A stretch of DNA of 64,000 bases from Macrostomum hystrix (GCA_950097015.1 CATNEN010000024.1:992001-1056000), one strand, 5' to 3'. Shown: positions 49,701 through 62,889, counted from the first letter of the stretch. Notes: generated from the letters alone by a model not told the origin. Made by a program: numbers and translations.

Positions 49701-52700
49701 GGATCCAGGGTTATGCCTGAAGGATCCAGAGTTATGCCTGAAGGATCCAGGGTTATGCGTGAAGGATCCAGGGTTATGCGTGAAGGATCCAGGGTTATGC
49801 CTGAAGGATCCAGGGTTATGCCTGAAGGATCCAGGGTTATGCGTGAAGGATCCAGAGTTATGCGTGAAGGATCCAGGGTTATGCGTGAAGGATCCAGGGT
49901 TATGCGTGAAGGATCCAGGGTTATGCGTGAAGGATCCAGGGTTATGCGTGAAGGATCCAGAGTTATGCGTGAAGGATCCAGGGTTATGCGTGAAGGATCC
50001 AGGGTTATGCGTAAAGGATCCAGGGTTATGCCTGAAGTATCCAGGGTTATGCGTGAAGGATCCAGGGTTATGCGTGAAGGATCCAGGGTTATGCGTGAAG
50101 TATCCAGGGCTATGCGTGAAGGATCCAGGGTTATGCGTGAAGGATCCAGGGTTATGCGTGAAGGATCCAGGGTTATGCGTGAAGGATCCAGGGTTATGCG
50201 TGAAGTATCCAGGGTTATGCGTGAAGGATCCAGGGTTATGCGTGAAGGATCCAGGGTTATGCGTGAAGGATCCAGGGTTATGCGTGAAGGATCCAGGGTT
50301 TTACTCAAAGTTTAGAATTATCGTGAAAACTAGGAATTCTCTGTCTGAAAATCGTTCCCTATGGATATGGTAGAATTGTGTGCTTAAATTATGTATTTGG
50401 TGTGATGAATTTTTCATTCCATATTTCTAAAAAGGGAAATCGAATTTGCGGCTGTGAAAATTTCGACCTAAAAAATCATTACTGTCATCTAGTAAGTTTG
50501 TTGCTATCGGGCGCTTTATGCCCTGAATTCCAAGGCTTGATGTAAACTGCAGTATGTAAACTACAGGACAACTTTACTGAAAGTCATGTGTCAGTCAGTC
50601 ATTCCTGTTCTAGTCATTCAGGCCTCAGTAATTCAGTCATTTATGTTCTAGTCATTCAGGCCTCAGTAATTCAGTCATTCCTGTTCTAGTCATTCAGGCC
50701 TCAGTAATTCAGTCACTCCTGTTCTAGTCATTCAGGCCTCAGTAATTCTCAGTAATTCAGTCACACAATATTACTTAAAAAGTTTAATCTACAAGTAGAT
50801 TTGTCATGAACAAAATCTCTAGTCGAAATTGCAACATTAATTTCGACCAAGACCAACGCATGGCTCCATGTAGCTTTATCTACCTGTCCAAAGATAGATT
50901 AAGTGCAAATCAACTAGTGCACTATGCTGTATCGTCCCACGAACCGAAACATATCGTAGCCTTGTGTTTGACAATGATGGAACTGCTGCTGCTGCTGCTG
51001 CTTACTGCCTGCTTGTAGGGATGCCTTGTTAGTATGGAATGGTTCCAGTGACTAATTTTACATTGCATGGGAGCAGTAAATTGTGGAGGCATGTCCGCCA
51101 AACCCAGATTACAGATTTCATCATCTATAGTTTCTAGTAGCTGATTAAGCTATGATGGCATTCGATTCCAGGTAATAGCTCGTATGCTCGTAGTCTACTC
51201 GATTTCAGTTCCTGTGTTATGATTACTTAGGCTAATCACTTTTGTTTGAAGTTGAAATTGCTTGAACTAACATTTGGAAATTGTGCGATTTCTGAGAATG
51301 CTTATGGGATTTCTTAGTTGCCTGTGGGATTTCTTGGTTGGCAGTGGGATTTCTTGGTTGGCAGTGGGATTTCTTGGTTGGCAGTGGGATTTCTTAGTTG
51401 GCTGTGGGATTTCTTGGTTGCCAGTGGAATTTCTTAGTTGGCTGTGGGATTTCTTAGTTGGCTGTGGGATTTCTTAGTTGCCTGTGGGATTTCTTGGTTG
51501 GCAGTGGGATTTCTTGGTTGGCAGTGGGATTTCTTAGTTGGCTGTGGGATTTCTTGGTTGCCAGTGGAATTTCTTAGTTGGCTGTGGGATTTCTTAGTTG
51601 GCTGTGGGATTTCTTAGTTGCCTGTGGGATTTCTTGGTTGGCAGTGGGATTTCTTGGTTGGCAGTGGGATTTCTTAGTTGGCTGTGGGATTTCTTGGTTG
51701 CCAGTGGAATTTCTTAGTTGGCTGTGGGATTTCTTAGTTGCCTGTGGGATTTCTTGGTTGGCAGTGGGATTTCTTAGTTTGCTGTAGGATTTCTTAGTTG
51801 GCGGTGGGATTTCTTGGTTGCCAGTGGAATTTCTTAGTTTGCTGTGGGATTTCTTAGTTGGCTGTGGGATTTCTTGCTTAGCTGTGGGATATCTTGGTTT
51901 CTCGTAGGATTTCTTGGTTTACCGTGGGATTTCTTGGTTTACCGTGGGATTTCTTGTTTGGCTGTGGGATTGCTTGGTTGCCAGTGGGATTTCTTGCATA
52001 GCTGTGGGATATCTTGGTTTCTCGTGGGATATCTTGGTTTACCGTGGGATTTCTTGCTTTACCGTGGGATTTCTTGCTTTACCGTGGGATTTCTTGGTTT
52101 ACCGTGGGATTTCTTGGTTTACCGTAGGATTTCTTGTTTGGCTGTGGGATTGCTTGGTTGCCAGTGGGATTTCTTGCTTAGCTGTGGGATATCTTGGTTT
52201 CTCGTGGGATATCTTGGTTTACCGTGGGATTTCTTGCTTTACCGTGGGATTTCTTGCTTTACCGTGGGATTTCTTGGTTAGTTGCGGGATTTCTAAGAAT
52301 AGGAGTATCAATCGGATTTCTAGGTTGGCCGTTGATTTTCTAAGAATGAGATTTCAAGGTTAGCCTTAGATTTTCTAAGAATGAGATTTCCAGGTTGGCC
52401 GTTGATTTTCTAAGAATGAGATTTCCAGGTTGGCCGTTGATTTTCTAAGAATGGGATTTCTAGGTTGGCCGATGATTTTCTAAGAATGGGATTTCTAGGT
52501 TGGCCGTTGATTTTCTAAGAATGAGATTTCCAGGTTGGCCGTTGATTTTCTAAGAATGGGATTTCTAGGTTGGCCGATGATTTTCTAAGAATGGGATTTC
52601 TAGGTTGGCTGTTGATTTTCTAAGAATGAGATTTCTAGGTTGGCCGCTGATTTTCTAAGAATGGGATTTCCAGGTTGGCCGTTGATTTTCTAAGAATGGG

Positions 52701-55700
52701 ATTTCTAGGTTGGCCGATGATTTTCTAAGAATGGAATTTCTAGGTTTGCCGATGATTTTCTAAGAATGGGATTTCTAGGTTGGCCGATGATTTTCTAAGA
52801 ATGGGATTTCTAGGTTGGCCTATGATTTTCTAAGAATGGGATTTCTAGCTTGGCAGTTGATTTTCTAAGAATGGGATTTCTAGGTTTGCCGCTGATTTTT
52901 AAAGAATAGGATTTCTAGCTTGGCAGTTGATTTTCTAAGAATTGGATTTCTTGGTTGGCCGCTGATTTTCTAAGAATGGGATTTCCAGGTTGGCCGTTGA
53001 TTTTCTAAGAATGAGATTTCCAGGTTGGCCGTTGATTTTCTAAGAATGGGATTTCCAGGTTGGCCGTTGATTTTCTAAGAATGAGATTTCCAGGTTGGCC
53101 GTTGATTTTCTAAGAATGAGATTTCCAGGTTGGCCGTTGATTTTCTAAGAATGGGATTTTTAGGTTGGCCGATGATTTTCTAAGAATGGGATTTCCAGGT
53201 TGGCCGATGATTTTCTAAGAATGGGATTTCTAGGTTGGCCGATGATTTTCTAAGAATGGGATTTCTAGGTTGGCTGTTGATTTTCTAAGAATGAGATTTC
53301 TAGGTTGGCCGCTGATTTTCTAAGAATGGGATTTCCAGGTTGGCCGATGATTTTCTAAGAATGGGATTTCTAGGTTGGCCGATGATTTTCTAAGAATGGA
53401 ATTTCTAGGTTGGCCGATGATTTTCTAAGAATGGGATTTCTAGGTTGGCTGTTGATTTTCTAAGAATGGGATTTCCAGGTTGGCCGTTGATTTTCTAAGA
53501 ATAGGATTTCTAGGTTGGCCGTTGATTTTCTAAGAATGGGATTTCCAGGTTAGCCGTTGATTTTCTAAGAATGAGATTTCCAGGTTGGCGGTTGATTTTC
53601 TAAGAATGAGATTTCCAGGTTGGCCGTTGATTTTCTAAGAATGGGGTTTTTAGGTTGGCCGATGATTTTCTAAGAATGGGATTTCTAGGTTGGCTGTTGA
53701 TTTTCTAAGAATGAGATTTCTTGGTTGGCCGCTGATTTTCTAAGAATGGGATTTCCAGGTTGGCCGTTGATTTTCTAAGAATGGGATTTCTAGGTTGGCC
53801 GATGATTTTCTAAGAATGGAATTTCTAGGTTGGCCGATGATTTTCTAAGAATGGGATTTCTAGGTTGGCTGTTGATTTTCTAAGAATGGGATTTCCAGGT
53901 TGGCCGTTGATTTTCTAAGAATAGGATTTCTAGGTTTGCCGCTGATTTTCTAAGAATAGGATTTCTAGGTTTGCCGCTGATTTTCTAAGAATAAGATTTC
54001 CAGGTTGGCCGTTGATTTTCTAAGAATAGGATTTCTAGATTGGCCGTTGATTTTCTAAGAATGGGATTTCTAGGTTTGCAGCTGATTTTCTAAGAATTGG
54101 ATTTCTAGGTTGGCTGATGATTTTCTAAGAATGGAACTTCTAGGTTGGCCGTTGATTTTCTAAGAATGGGATTTCTAGGTTGGCCTATGACTTTCTAAGA
54201 ATGGGATTTCTAGGTTGGCAGTTGATTTTCTAAGAATGGGATTTCTAGGTTTGCCGCTGATTTTCTAAGAATAGGATTTCTAGGTTGGCCGTTGATTTTC
54301 TAAGAATGGGATTTCTAGGTTTGCCGCTGATTTTCTAAGAATAGGATTTCTAGATTGGGTGTTTTCTAAGTTGCTTCACACGGCCAACATTGAATGCAGA
54401 AACAAAAGCAGTAGTGTGTGCTGGTTAAATAAATTGAAGCTGGTAGTCTGTCAGTAATGTATGAATAGCTTGCTGAAAGCTTTAGTCCAAACCAGCGGAA
54501 AAATTTCTGGTAATAATAAACCAATTTTCTAATCTACCCCAAGGCCAGTGGAACTACTGAATTTCTTCAGCATACAAGCTTATGCCGCTGTGAAAGCAAA
54601 CACATTCCACGCACTTCCACTGAATGTCTTTCGACTCTGGGATTGTTGGTTTGAGCTTCAGGAATTTTCCGGCTTTTTAGCCTTTTGTTTATTTTCCGTT
54701 GCCGCACTGCAACTTTCCCGTCTGGCTTGACTAGGGAAATTGCATTCACACCTGGTCGCTGTGCAAGCACATGCCGCTAACTGCAATTGAAAATGGCTAC
54801 ATGTTACAAAATGGAAATATGTCGTATATTTATGGAATCAGTTTTTGGAATTTCGACTGTAAGGATTTTAGTGTTAGAGTTTATCGAGTGTCAAGAAATT
54901 TGAGCGTTTTTGGGATTTGACTGTTTTGCTGATGTTATTGGTTAGGGATTTAGTCTTTGAGGATTTAACTCAAGGGATTTGAGTTAAGGGGATTTGAGTT
55001 AAGGGGATGTGAGTTATGGGGATTTGAGTTAAGGGATTTGAGTTAAGGGGATTTGAGTTAATGGGATTTGAGTTAAGGGATTTGAGTTAAGGGGATGTGA
55101 GTTATGGGGATTTGAGTTAAGGGATTTGAGTTAAGGGATTTGAGTTAAGGGGATGTGAGTTATGGGGATTTGAGTTAAGGGATTTGAGTTAAGGGGATTT
55201 GAGTTAAGGGGATTTGAGTTAAGGGGATTTGAGTTATGGGGACTTGAGTTAAGGGGATGTGAGTTATGGGGATTTGAGCTAAGGGGATTTGAGTTAAGGG
55301 GATTCGAGTGTTTAGGGATTTGAGTGTTTTGGGATTCGAGTGTTTTGGGATTCGAGTGTTTTGGGATTCAACTGTTCTTGGATTCGAGTGTTTTAGGGAT
55401 TCGAGTATTTCGGGATTCGAGTGTTTTAGGGATTCGAGTATTTCGGGATTCGAGTGTTTTAGGGATTCGAGTGTTTCGGGATTCGAGTATTTCGGGATTC
55501 GAGTGTTTTAGGGATTCGAGTATTTCGGGATTCGAGTGTTTTAGGGATTCGAGTGTTTCGGGATTCGAGTATTTCGGGATTCGAGTGTTTTAGGGATTCG
55601 AGTGTTTTAGGGATTCGAGTGTTTTAGGGATTCCAGTGTTTTGTGATTCGAGTGCTCTTTGGAATCTTAATGTTTGATGTAAAAAACCCACAGAAGTTGA

Positions 55701-56944
55701 AAGTGCGCCTCTGGTGCTTGATGGACCTGCGTGATTTTCCCATGGACTGCCAGACCTGTCGCATAGAGATTGGCGCCTACGGCAGCTCGGTTAGCGAGGT
55801 TCGCTTCCACTGGCACCAAGCCAGGGTCACCTTCGAGGATGACGCGATGCAGATTCCGGAATTCTCGCAGCCGCACGTGTCTGTGCAGAACTGCACAAAG
55901 AGCTTCTCTGTCACCGGCGAGTTCGCCTGCCTGCGGGTCAGTTGCTGACGAAAATCAGGGAGCCACAACCTTACACCTTCTACATGAAAGTCAGGAACAG
56001 CAGCCCTTCACCCACTGTCTGAAACCCAGGAACCCAGTGGCACAGCTGCAGCTGTTGCTCGGGCGCTTCCGAAGGCTGTTTACAGCTGTTCAGTCCGCGG
56101 ACTGGCCTGGTAGACCGACAAATCAACCTAAAACTCTGGCGCCCATTTCACGGCTGGGTGAAATGAAGCACTAAAACAATTAAGAGTATTGCTCAAAAAC
56201 ACAGAATGCTTCCCTTTGTGTTCAGAATCGAACTCACGACCTCTCGTCCAGGAGTTCCCGTCCCAGAGTCCGTAATCCTTTTAAGTGTATTCACCGTCCC
56301 ACTTTAGCCAACCAAGATTCCAAGAGGCTTCACCGCTCCCGTTCTCGCAGGCCAGCGTCCGTCTCCGCCGAGCCTTCGGCTTCTACCTGATGAACACCTA
56401 CGCTCCATTCACCCTGATGGTCTGCATTAGCTGGATCAGCTTCTGGATAGACGTCCGGGCAACCCCGGCCCGAGTCACCATCGCCTTCCTGACGGTGCTA
56501 GCCGTGGTGACGCAAAACGCCGGCACCCAGATGACTGGCATGCCCCGGGTGAGCTACGTGAAGGCCATCGACCTGTTCATGATGGCCAGCCTCATGTTCG
56601 TCATCGCCGCCTTGATGGAGTTCGCCGCCGCCAGCTTCCTGACCAGGCAGCACGAGAAAGAGCTCGGCGAGCAGCCCTCCCGTAGGCGACGCCGCTCCGT
56701 TGTACTGAACCGACGAGCGCCGCAGCCTCTGGTGCAGCCAGCCGTCAATGGAGTCGCTGAGCTGGACGACACGCTGATGACGGAGGAGCGGGCCCGCAAG
56801 CTGCGCAGCTGGTGCTACCGAAATCCACGAGTGAACCGGCTGGACTATGGCAGTCGGTTTCTGTTTCCGCTGGCCTACTGCGTGTTCCAGGCCGCCTACT
56901 GGGCCTACTATATGCGCGATCGAGACAACTGCGGCCCGGACTGA
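46736..56944 (+). CDS. Anion-selective Cys-loop ligand-gated channel subunit (GlyR/GluCl-like), exons 46736-46927 (donor tentative), 48329-48625, 55694-55936, 56351-56944 (~441 aa)
   Basis: Signal peptide; WMPDIFFRN; Cys-loop CLMDLRDFPMDCQTC; loop-C Cys pair CTKSFSVTGEFAC; M2 PAR motif; SYVKAID; M4 RLDYGSRFLFP. Introns are phase-0 GT-AG. Confidence 0.92.
47447..48040. repeat. 20-bp minisatellite (TTTACCGTGGGATTTCTTGG) in channel intron 1
   Basis: Direct tandem repetition; same family as 51303-52285. Confidence 0.93.
49235..50300. repeat. 21-bp minisatellite (GAAGGATCCAGGGTTATGCGT) in channel intron 2
   Basis: Direct tandem repetition, ~48 copies. Confidence 0.97.
50590..50760. repeat. 38-bp tandem repeat (CAGTCATTCCTGTTCTAGTCATTCAGGCCTCAGTAATT), ~4 copies
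   Basis: Direct tandem repetition. Confidence 0.85.
51303..52285. repeat. 20-bp minisatellite (GTGGGATTTCTTRGTTGGCW / ...TTTACC)
   Basis: Direct tandem repetition. Confidence 0.93.
52300..54360. repeat. 35-bp minisatellite (GATTTCTAGGTTGGCCGTTGATTTTCTAAGAATGG), ~58 copies
   Basis: Direct tandem repetition with period 35. Confidence 0.97.
54955..55655. repeat. Adjacent ~15-bp (GGGGATTTGAGTTAA) and ~19-bp (GGGATTCGAGTGTTTTA-type) arrays ending just upstream of channel exon 3
   Basis: Direct tandem repetition; the unit switches at ~55305. Confidence 0.92.
56070..56265 (-). mobile_element. SINE family B copy in channel intron 3
   Basis: Minus strand: B-box GAGTTCGATTC, CORE-like TGTGTTTTTGAGCAATACTCTTAAT, then CACCCAGCCGTGAAATGGG and the tail CAGTCCGCGGACTGAACAGCTGT. 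Confidence 0.6.
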
Positions 56945-57189
56945 ATTGAAGCCGATCTGTTTCAGGACCTGCCATCCGCATTCCGCTATATTGAAATCTA
57001 GTATAGTATACAGAATGCAATCAGCTGTGGGATTCGAGTCTGACAGCTCTCTCGGCGTTTTTGGCCCTCCAAAATCTCACCTTCACTATCTGTTGGCTCG
57101 TGCGTCAGCTTCACTTGATCCGATATTTGATTTGACCAAGACATTAATAACAAGGCCTAGTAACATGTGAGACTTTAGTGTTGGAAAGA

Positions 57190-58330
57190 TTAGATCTGAG
57201 GTGAGATTTTCGATAGAAACCATCAGGGATGAGACTTCAGGTGAGAAAGATTAAGGGTGAGATTTCGGTTAGGTAAAATCAGGGGTGATATTTCAGTTAG
57301 GAAAAATAATGGGTGAGATTTCGGGTAGTAAAAATCCTAAAGTGAGATTTCGGGTAGGAAAAATCAGGGGTGAGATTTCGGGTAGGAAAAACTCAGGGGT
57401 GAGATTTCGGGTAGGAAAAATCTGGGGTGAGATTTCAAGTAGCAAAAATCAGGGATGAGATTTCTAGTATGAAAAATGAGGGGTGAGATTTTGGGTCGGA
57501 AAATGAGGGGTGAGATTTCGAGTCGGAAAAATGAGGGGTGAAATTTCGAGTAGGAAAAATCAGGGGTGAGATTTCGAGTAGGAAAAATCAGGGGTGAGAT
57601 TTCGGGTAGGAAAAACTCAGGGGTGAGATTTCGGGTAGGAAAAATCTGGGGTGAGATTTCAAGTAGCAAAAATCAGGGATGAGATTTCTAGTATGAAAAA
57701 TGAGGGGTGAGATTTCGGGTAGGAAAAATCTGGGGTGAGATTTCAAGTAGCAAAAATCAGGGATGAGATTTCTAGTATGAAAAATGAGGGGTGAGATTTC
57801 GGGTCGGAAAAATGAGGGGTGAGATTTCGAGTCGGAAAAATGAGGGGTGAGATTTCGATTCGGAAAAATGAGGGGTGAGATTTCGAGTAGGAAAAATCAG
57901 GGGTGAGATTTCGAGTAGGAAAAATCATGGGTGAAATTTCAGTTAAGAAAAATCAGGGGTGAGATTTCAGTTAAGAAAAATCTGGGGTGAGATTTCTAGT
58001 ATGAAAAATGAGGGTGAGATTTCGGGTAGGAAAAATCTGGGGTGAGATTTCAAGTAGCAAAAATCAGGGATGAGATTTCTAGTATGAAAAATGAGGGGTG
58101 AGATTTCGGGTCGGAAAAATGAGGGGTGAGATTTCGAGTCGGAAAAATGAGGGGTGAGATTTCGATTCGGAAAAATGAGGGGTGAGATTTCGAGTAGGAA
58201 AAATCAGGGGTGAGATTTCGAGTAGCAAAAATCATGGGTGAAATTTCAGTTAAGAAAAATCTGGGGTGAGATTTCGGGTAGGAAAATGAGTGGTGAGATT
58301 TTGGTTAGGAAAAAAATCATGGCTGAGAAT
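57190..58330. repeat. ~29-bp degenerate minisatellite (GGGGTGAGATTTCGGGTAGGAAAAATCA) with a ~307-bp higher-order duplication
   Basis: Tandem units; identical translated blocks at 57743 and 58050. Confidence 0.92.
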
Positions 58331-58849
58331 GAAATCGTGTAAAGCTATTGGATGTTAATCAGAAATTGAAAGACTAAAGGGTAAAACTGCTGGTTCGCAA
58401 CGGCTTCTTTGATCTCGAGAATTGAGTTAAACAAAGTTGAGCGAGTTGAAATTCTTGCTTAGCAAAGACAGCCGGCAATATGCCAGCCAAAATTATTTAA
58501 TCAATGTGTTAAAAGAAGGACTCGTCCTGAGCACTGATATTGAACAGAATTCAATTGCGTTTGCTGCTTGTTGCATAAGGGCGTTAAGGCTTAATCTTAG
58601 TTGCTTTCGCTAATGGCAGTTCTCATAACTCATTGTTATATTTGTTGCAGTTGATTTTGGACTCAGTTTAACTCAGGGACTCATTCAGACGGCTTGGCCC
58701 TCCGAGCCACTTGAGCTGAGCTTGCATAGTTGAGTCTCTCGCATATTTCACTCGATCCACTCAGAGCACTGCAAAGTACAAAGCTTGCACTTCACTTTGT
58801 CTGCTCTCCGTTGCTCATTGCCTTTGCATGTCCACACGTCCTTGACACA

Positions 58850-60592
58850 GCTCACTGGAACCATCACCAACTGCCTCACAGATCGCTGGAACCATCACCA
58901 ACTGCCTCACAGATCACTGGAACCATCACCAACTGCCTCACAGATCACTGGAACCATCACCAACTGCCTCACAGCTCACTGGAACCATCACCAACTGCAT
59001 CCCAGATCACTGGAACCATCACCAACTGCATCACAGATCACTGGAACCATCACCAACTGCCTCACAGATCACTGGAACCATCACCAACTGCCTCACAGAT
59101 CACTGGAACCATCACCAACTGCATCACAGATCACTGGAACCATCACCAACTGCATCACAGATCACTGGAACCATCACCAACTGCCTCACAGATCACTGGA
59201 ACCATCACCAACTGCATCCCAGATCACTGGAACCATCACCAACTACCTCACAGATCGCTGGAACCATCACCAACTGCCTCACAGATCACTGGAACCATCA
59301 CCAACTGCCTCACAGATCACTGGAACCATCACCAACTGCCTCACAGATCACTGGAACCATCACCAACTGCCTCACAGATCACTGGAACCATCACCAACTG
59401 CCTCACAGATCACTGGAACCATCACCAACTGCCTCACGGATCACTGGAACCATCACCAACTGCCTCACAGATCACTGGAACCATCACCAACTGCATCCCA
59501 GATCACTGGAACCATCACCAACTGCCTCACAGATCACTGGAACCATCACCAACAGCATCACAGATCACTGGAACCATCACCAACTGCCTCACAGATCACT
59601 GGAACCATCACCAACTGCCTCACAGATCACTGGAACCATCACCAACTGCCTCACAGATCACTGGAACCATCACCAACTGCCTCACAGATCACTGGAACCA
59701 TCACCAACTGCCTCACAGATCACTGGAACCATCACCAACTGCATCCCAGATCACTGGAACCATCACCAACTGCATCACAGATCACTGGAACCATCACCAA
59801 CTGCCTCACAGATCACTGGAACCATCACCAACTGCATCCCAGATCACTGGAACCATCACCAACTGCCTCACAGATCACTGGAATCATCACCAACTGCCTC
59901 ACAGATCACTGGAACCATCACCAACAGCATCACAGATCACTGGAACCATCACCAACTGCCTCACAGATCACTGGAACCATCACCAACTGCCTCACAGATC
60001 ACTGGAACCATCACCAACTGCCTCACAGATCACTGGAACCATCACCAACTGCCTCACAGATCACTGGAACCATCACCAACTGCCTCACAGATCACTGGAA
60101 CCATCACCAACTGCATCCCAGATCACTGGAACCATCACCAACTGCATCACAGATCACTGGAACCATCACCAACTGCCTCACAGATCACTGGAACCATCAC
60201 CAACTGCATCCCAGATCACTGGAACCATCACCAACTGCCTCACAGATCACTGGAATCATCACCAACTGCCTCACAGATCACTGGAACCATCACCAACTGC
60301 CTCACAGATCACTGGAACCATCACCAACTGCATCACAGATCACTGGAACCATCACCAACTGCCTCACAGATCACTGGAACCATCACCAACTGCCTCACAG
60401 ATCACTGGAACCATCACCAACTGCCTCACAGATCACTGGAATCATCACCAACTGCCTCACAGATCACTGGAACCATCACCAACTGCCTCACAGATCACTG
60501 GAACCATCACCAACTGCCTCACAGATCACTGGAACCATCACCAACTGCCTCACAGATCACTGGAACCATCACCAACTGCATCCCAGATCACT
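58850..60592. repeat. 31-bp minisatellite (TCACTGGAACCATCACCAACTGCCTCACAGA), ~56 copies
   Basis: Direct tandem repetition with period 31. Confidence 0.97.
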
Positions 60593-61044
60593 CATCATTT
60601 TAGGCAAGAAAAATCTGATTGCTTAGTCGGCATCGGACAAAACTATTTTATGTCAATACGCGCTAATATCGATCCATCCATGTGTATATTTCAGTTTAAA
60701 AAGGATTAGATATTAAATGACTATTTTTCTATACTTTGTATGTCCAAAAAATCAAATATATACTTTTTGTTAAACAATTGATTGTATTATTATACTAAAC
60801 TTTTTTCTTGGGTTCATGGATGGTTACTTACAGTAGCCAGTATTGCGCTTTTGTTCTTTTTTATTTTACCTTGCGTTTTTTTTTCCGTACATGGAAGAAT
60901 TATTATTATGCTTTTTCACAGCCACTAGATTAGTGCAGAGAACTTGAAATAGTAAAAAATATACTAGAATAAGGTACCAAGTATGCTAAATCAAATGCAC
61001 ATAGATTGTGATCATTAGACTTACACTGGACATAATCAATAGCC

Positions 61045-61140
61045 ACGTGGACATATGCAAACTGGACCTATTCGAACACAAACTGGACCTATTCGAACAC
61101 AAACTGGACCTATTCGAACACAAACTGGACCTATTCGAAC
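61045..61140. repeat. 21-bp tandem repeat (CAAACTGGACCTATTCGAACA), ~4.5 copies
   Basis: Direct tandem repetition. Confidence 0.9.
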
Positions 61141-61878
61141 GCCACATGCTAATTCGCGCGATTTTCAAGCTATTCATATGCAAGCGTATAATAATCCTTC
61201 TAATTTTGCAAGCATGTGTTCGTTTGCTTTACGAATAGAATAGAAAATAGCCAAAATGAAGTGTCAGTTTTGGTTAAGCCACTTTGCGGAGTTATTCGCC
61301 CACCCGAAATCAATAACTATGCGTTCCGCAGTCCGAGAACCAGGATTGTGCTTATGTACACATGATTTTTTTTAGATTGCATCAAATATTCGATCAATTT
61401 ATTACGCATCGAAGCTGAATACGCATGCGTCTATGCGGTTGTATGCGATTTGTGTGACTCGTGAAACACAAGCCACTGCACAAGCAGTCTATTGAAATAT
61501 GCTGCGATGCAGTGTGTGCCTGAGTCCTGTACACTCCGGTGTGTCTTCGTGTGTCACTACCGCCCCCCGGGTGGAGGCACGCAGCGCCTTGCAGCTGCTT
61601 TTTGCTTTTCTATAGGCTTAGTCAAAGAGAGAATGAAATTTTAAGTGAATTTTACCGAGCTATATATAACAGGGCAGTATACCTAAATAACCACCAGAGC
61701 AACAGACTGTGCGGCGGAGTCTAGGTAACTTCAACCGCTCTTACTAAGTAGAAGAGACGCAAGACAAAATAGAACCGATAGAAAGAAAGCATAGTTACAA
61801 TAATAACACCTAATTAGAAGTAAATAAAACTACAAAGGCTGACTTACATACAATGAGCAAATAACAATTCAAGAGGAT

Positions 61879-62310
61879 ATGAAGCCCGCGTCCCTGCAGC
61901 CGACACCATCGGGCACCCGAGTTGCTGTCCCGATGTCAAGCCAGCTGGCCAGCCTCCTGCTTCATCGCCGGACAGACGAAGCCCTGGCCCTGCTCGCCTC
62001 GGTGCCGGACACCCGGACATGGTCCGGCCATCTGGCTGAAGCGTTGAACAACGCGATGCTGCCCCAGCCTGGTGCAGTTGTAGCGGCCTTGCTAGAAGAG
62101 CTGCTGGTTACAGCCGAGCCAGCCTCAGCAGAAGCCTCTGCCGTTGTCAGCTGCCTAACCAGCATGTCCGGGGAGCCCGGCAGCTCATCGCAGCTGTACT
62201 CTGTGCTCACCCGGCTGAGCGGACGCCGGATCGCGGACGCCTTCCGCTGCTGCGTCGAGGCCGGCGCTGAGTCTACGGCTATAAAGCTGCTGCCGCATGT
62301 GCCAATCCAG
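61879..62310 (+). CDS. Probable first coding exon of an unidentified, predicted helical protein; the rest is presumably beyond the Gypsy insertion
   Basis: ATG-started 144-codon GC-rich stretch with host-like codon use, ending at a strong donor CAG|GTAGGT. Confidence 0.55.
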
Positions 62311-62454
62311 GTAGGTTAATTTTCTCAGACAACAGCAACACCAAAGCACACTGTCAAGGTAAAAAATGCTGCATCAAATGTCGGGCATCAGGGTAGATCT
62401 TCACGGCCGTCAGGTAGCAGACCACCTACTCGTAGGTAGACGAACTGCTCAAAT

Positions 62455-62869
62455 TGTGGAAACTATGCGTTGCAGAAAATTGCGGCCTTGATTTCGTCAA
62501 GCCTGCAGAGTTCCTCGTGTTGATTAGCAGGCCGACGGTAGCTGCAAGCCTTGCTGTTAAGAGCATTAACAGCCCATTCTAGAATACTCTTCAGTGGAGC
62601 ATCGCTATTTGTGACATTTACTAGTGTGTAGCGGGTTGCCGAGTTGGCTTCGCAAACGAGTTCGTGTTTATTTGAGTTCGCAAAAAGGGGTGAGGGCTCT
62701 GTGCCCGAGACAAAGAGCCTTATAAAGGCCAGCGCGACTTCTCCATGTCCCCAACCCCACTGAGGATCGCAAACCAATGCGACCGCGCGAGCAGGGGTGA
62801 CGCATCCGCCCAGACCGTGGTGTGATGTCTGGGGCCGGCTGTCTGGGGTAGAGTGCACTCTCCGCCACA
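62455..62869 (-). mobile_element. 3' LTR (~415 bp) of a Ty3/Gypsy element
   Basis: The minus strand starts TGTGG directly after a G-rich PPT and ends CCACA; internal TATA (TTTATAA ~62720) precedes AATAAA (~62670). Confidence 0.75.
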
Positions 62870-62889
62870 GAGCTCCCCCCAGCGCTGGC

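Noticed and set aside
49203-50373. 370-aa EGSRVMR repeat protein
   Set aside because: 21-bp array inside channel intron 2, open in several frames and strands, with no unique domains.
58730-60709. 613-659 aa His/Thr-rich (mucin-like) ORFs
   Set aside because: The 31-bp period yields the same 31-aa cycle in shifted frames: a minisatellite artefact.
62463-62858. 131-aa minus-strand ORF after the integrase (possible env or extra ORF)
   Set aside because: It lies wholly within the inferred 3' LTR and has no signal peptide, TM or known motif.
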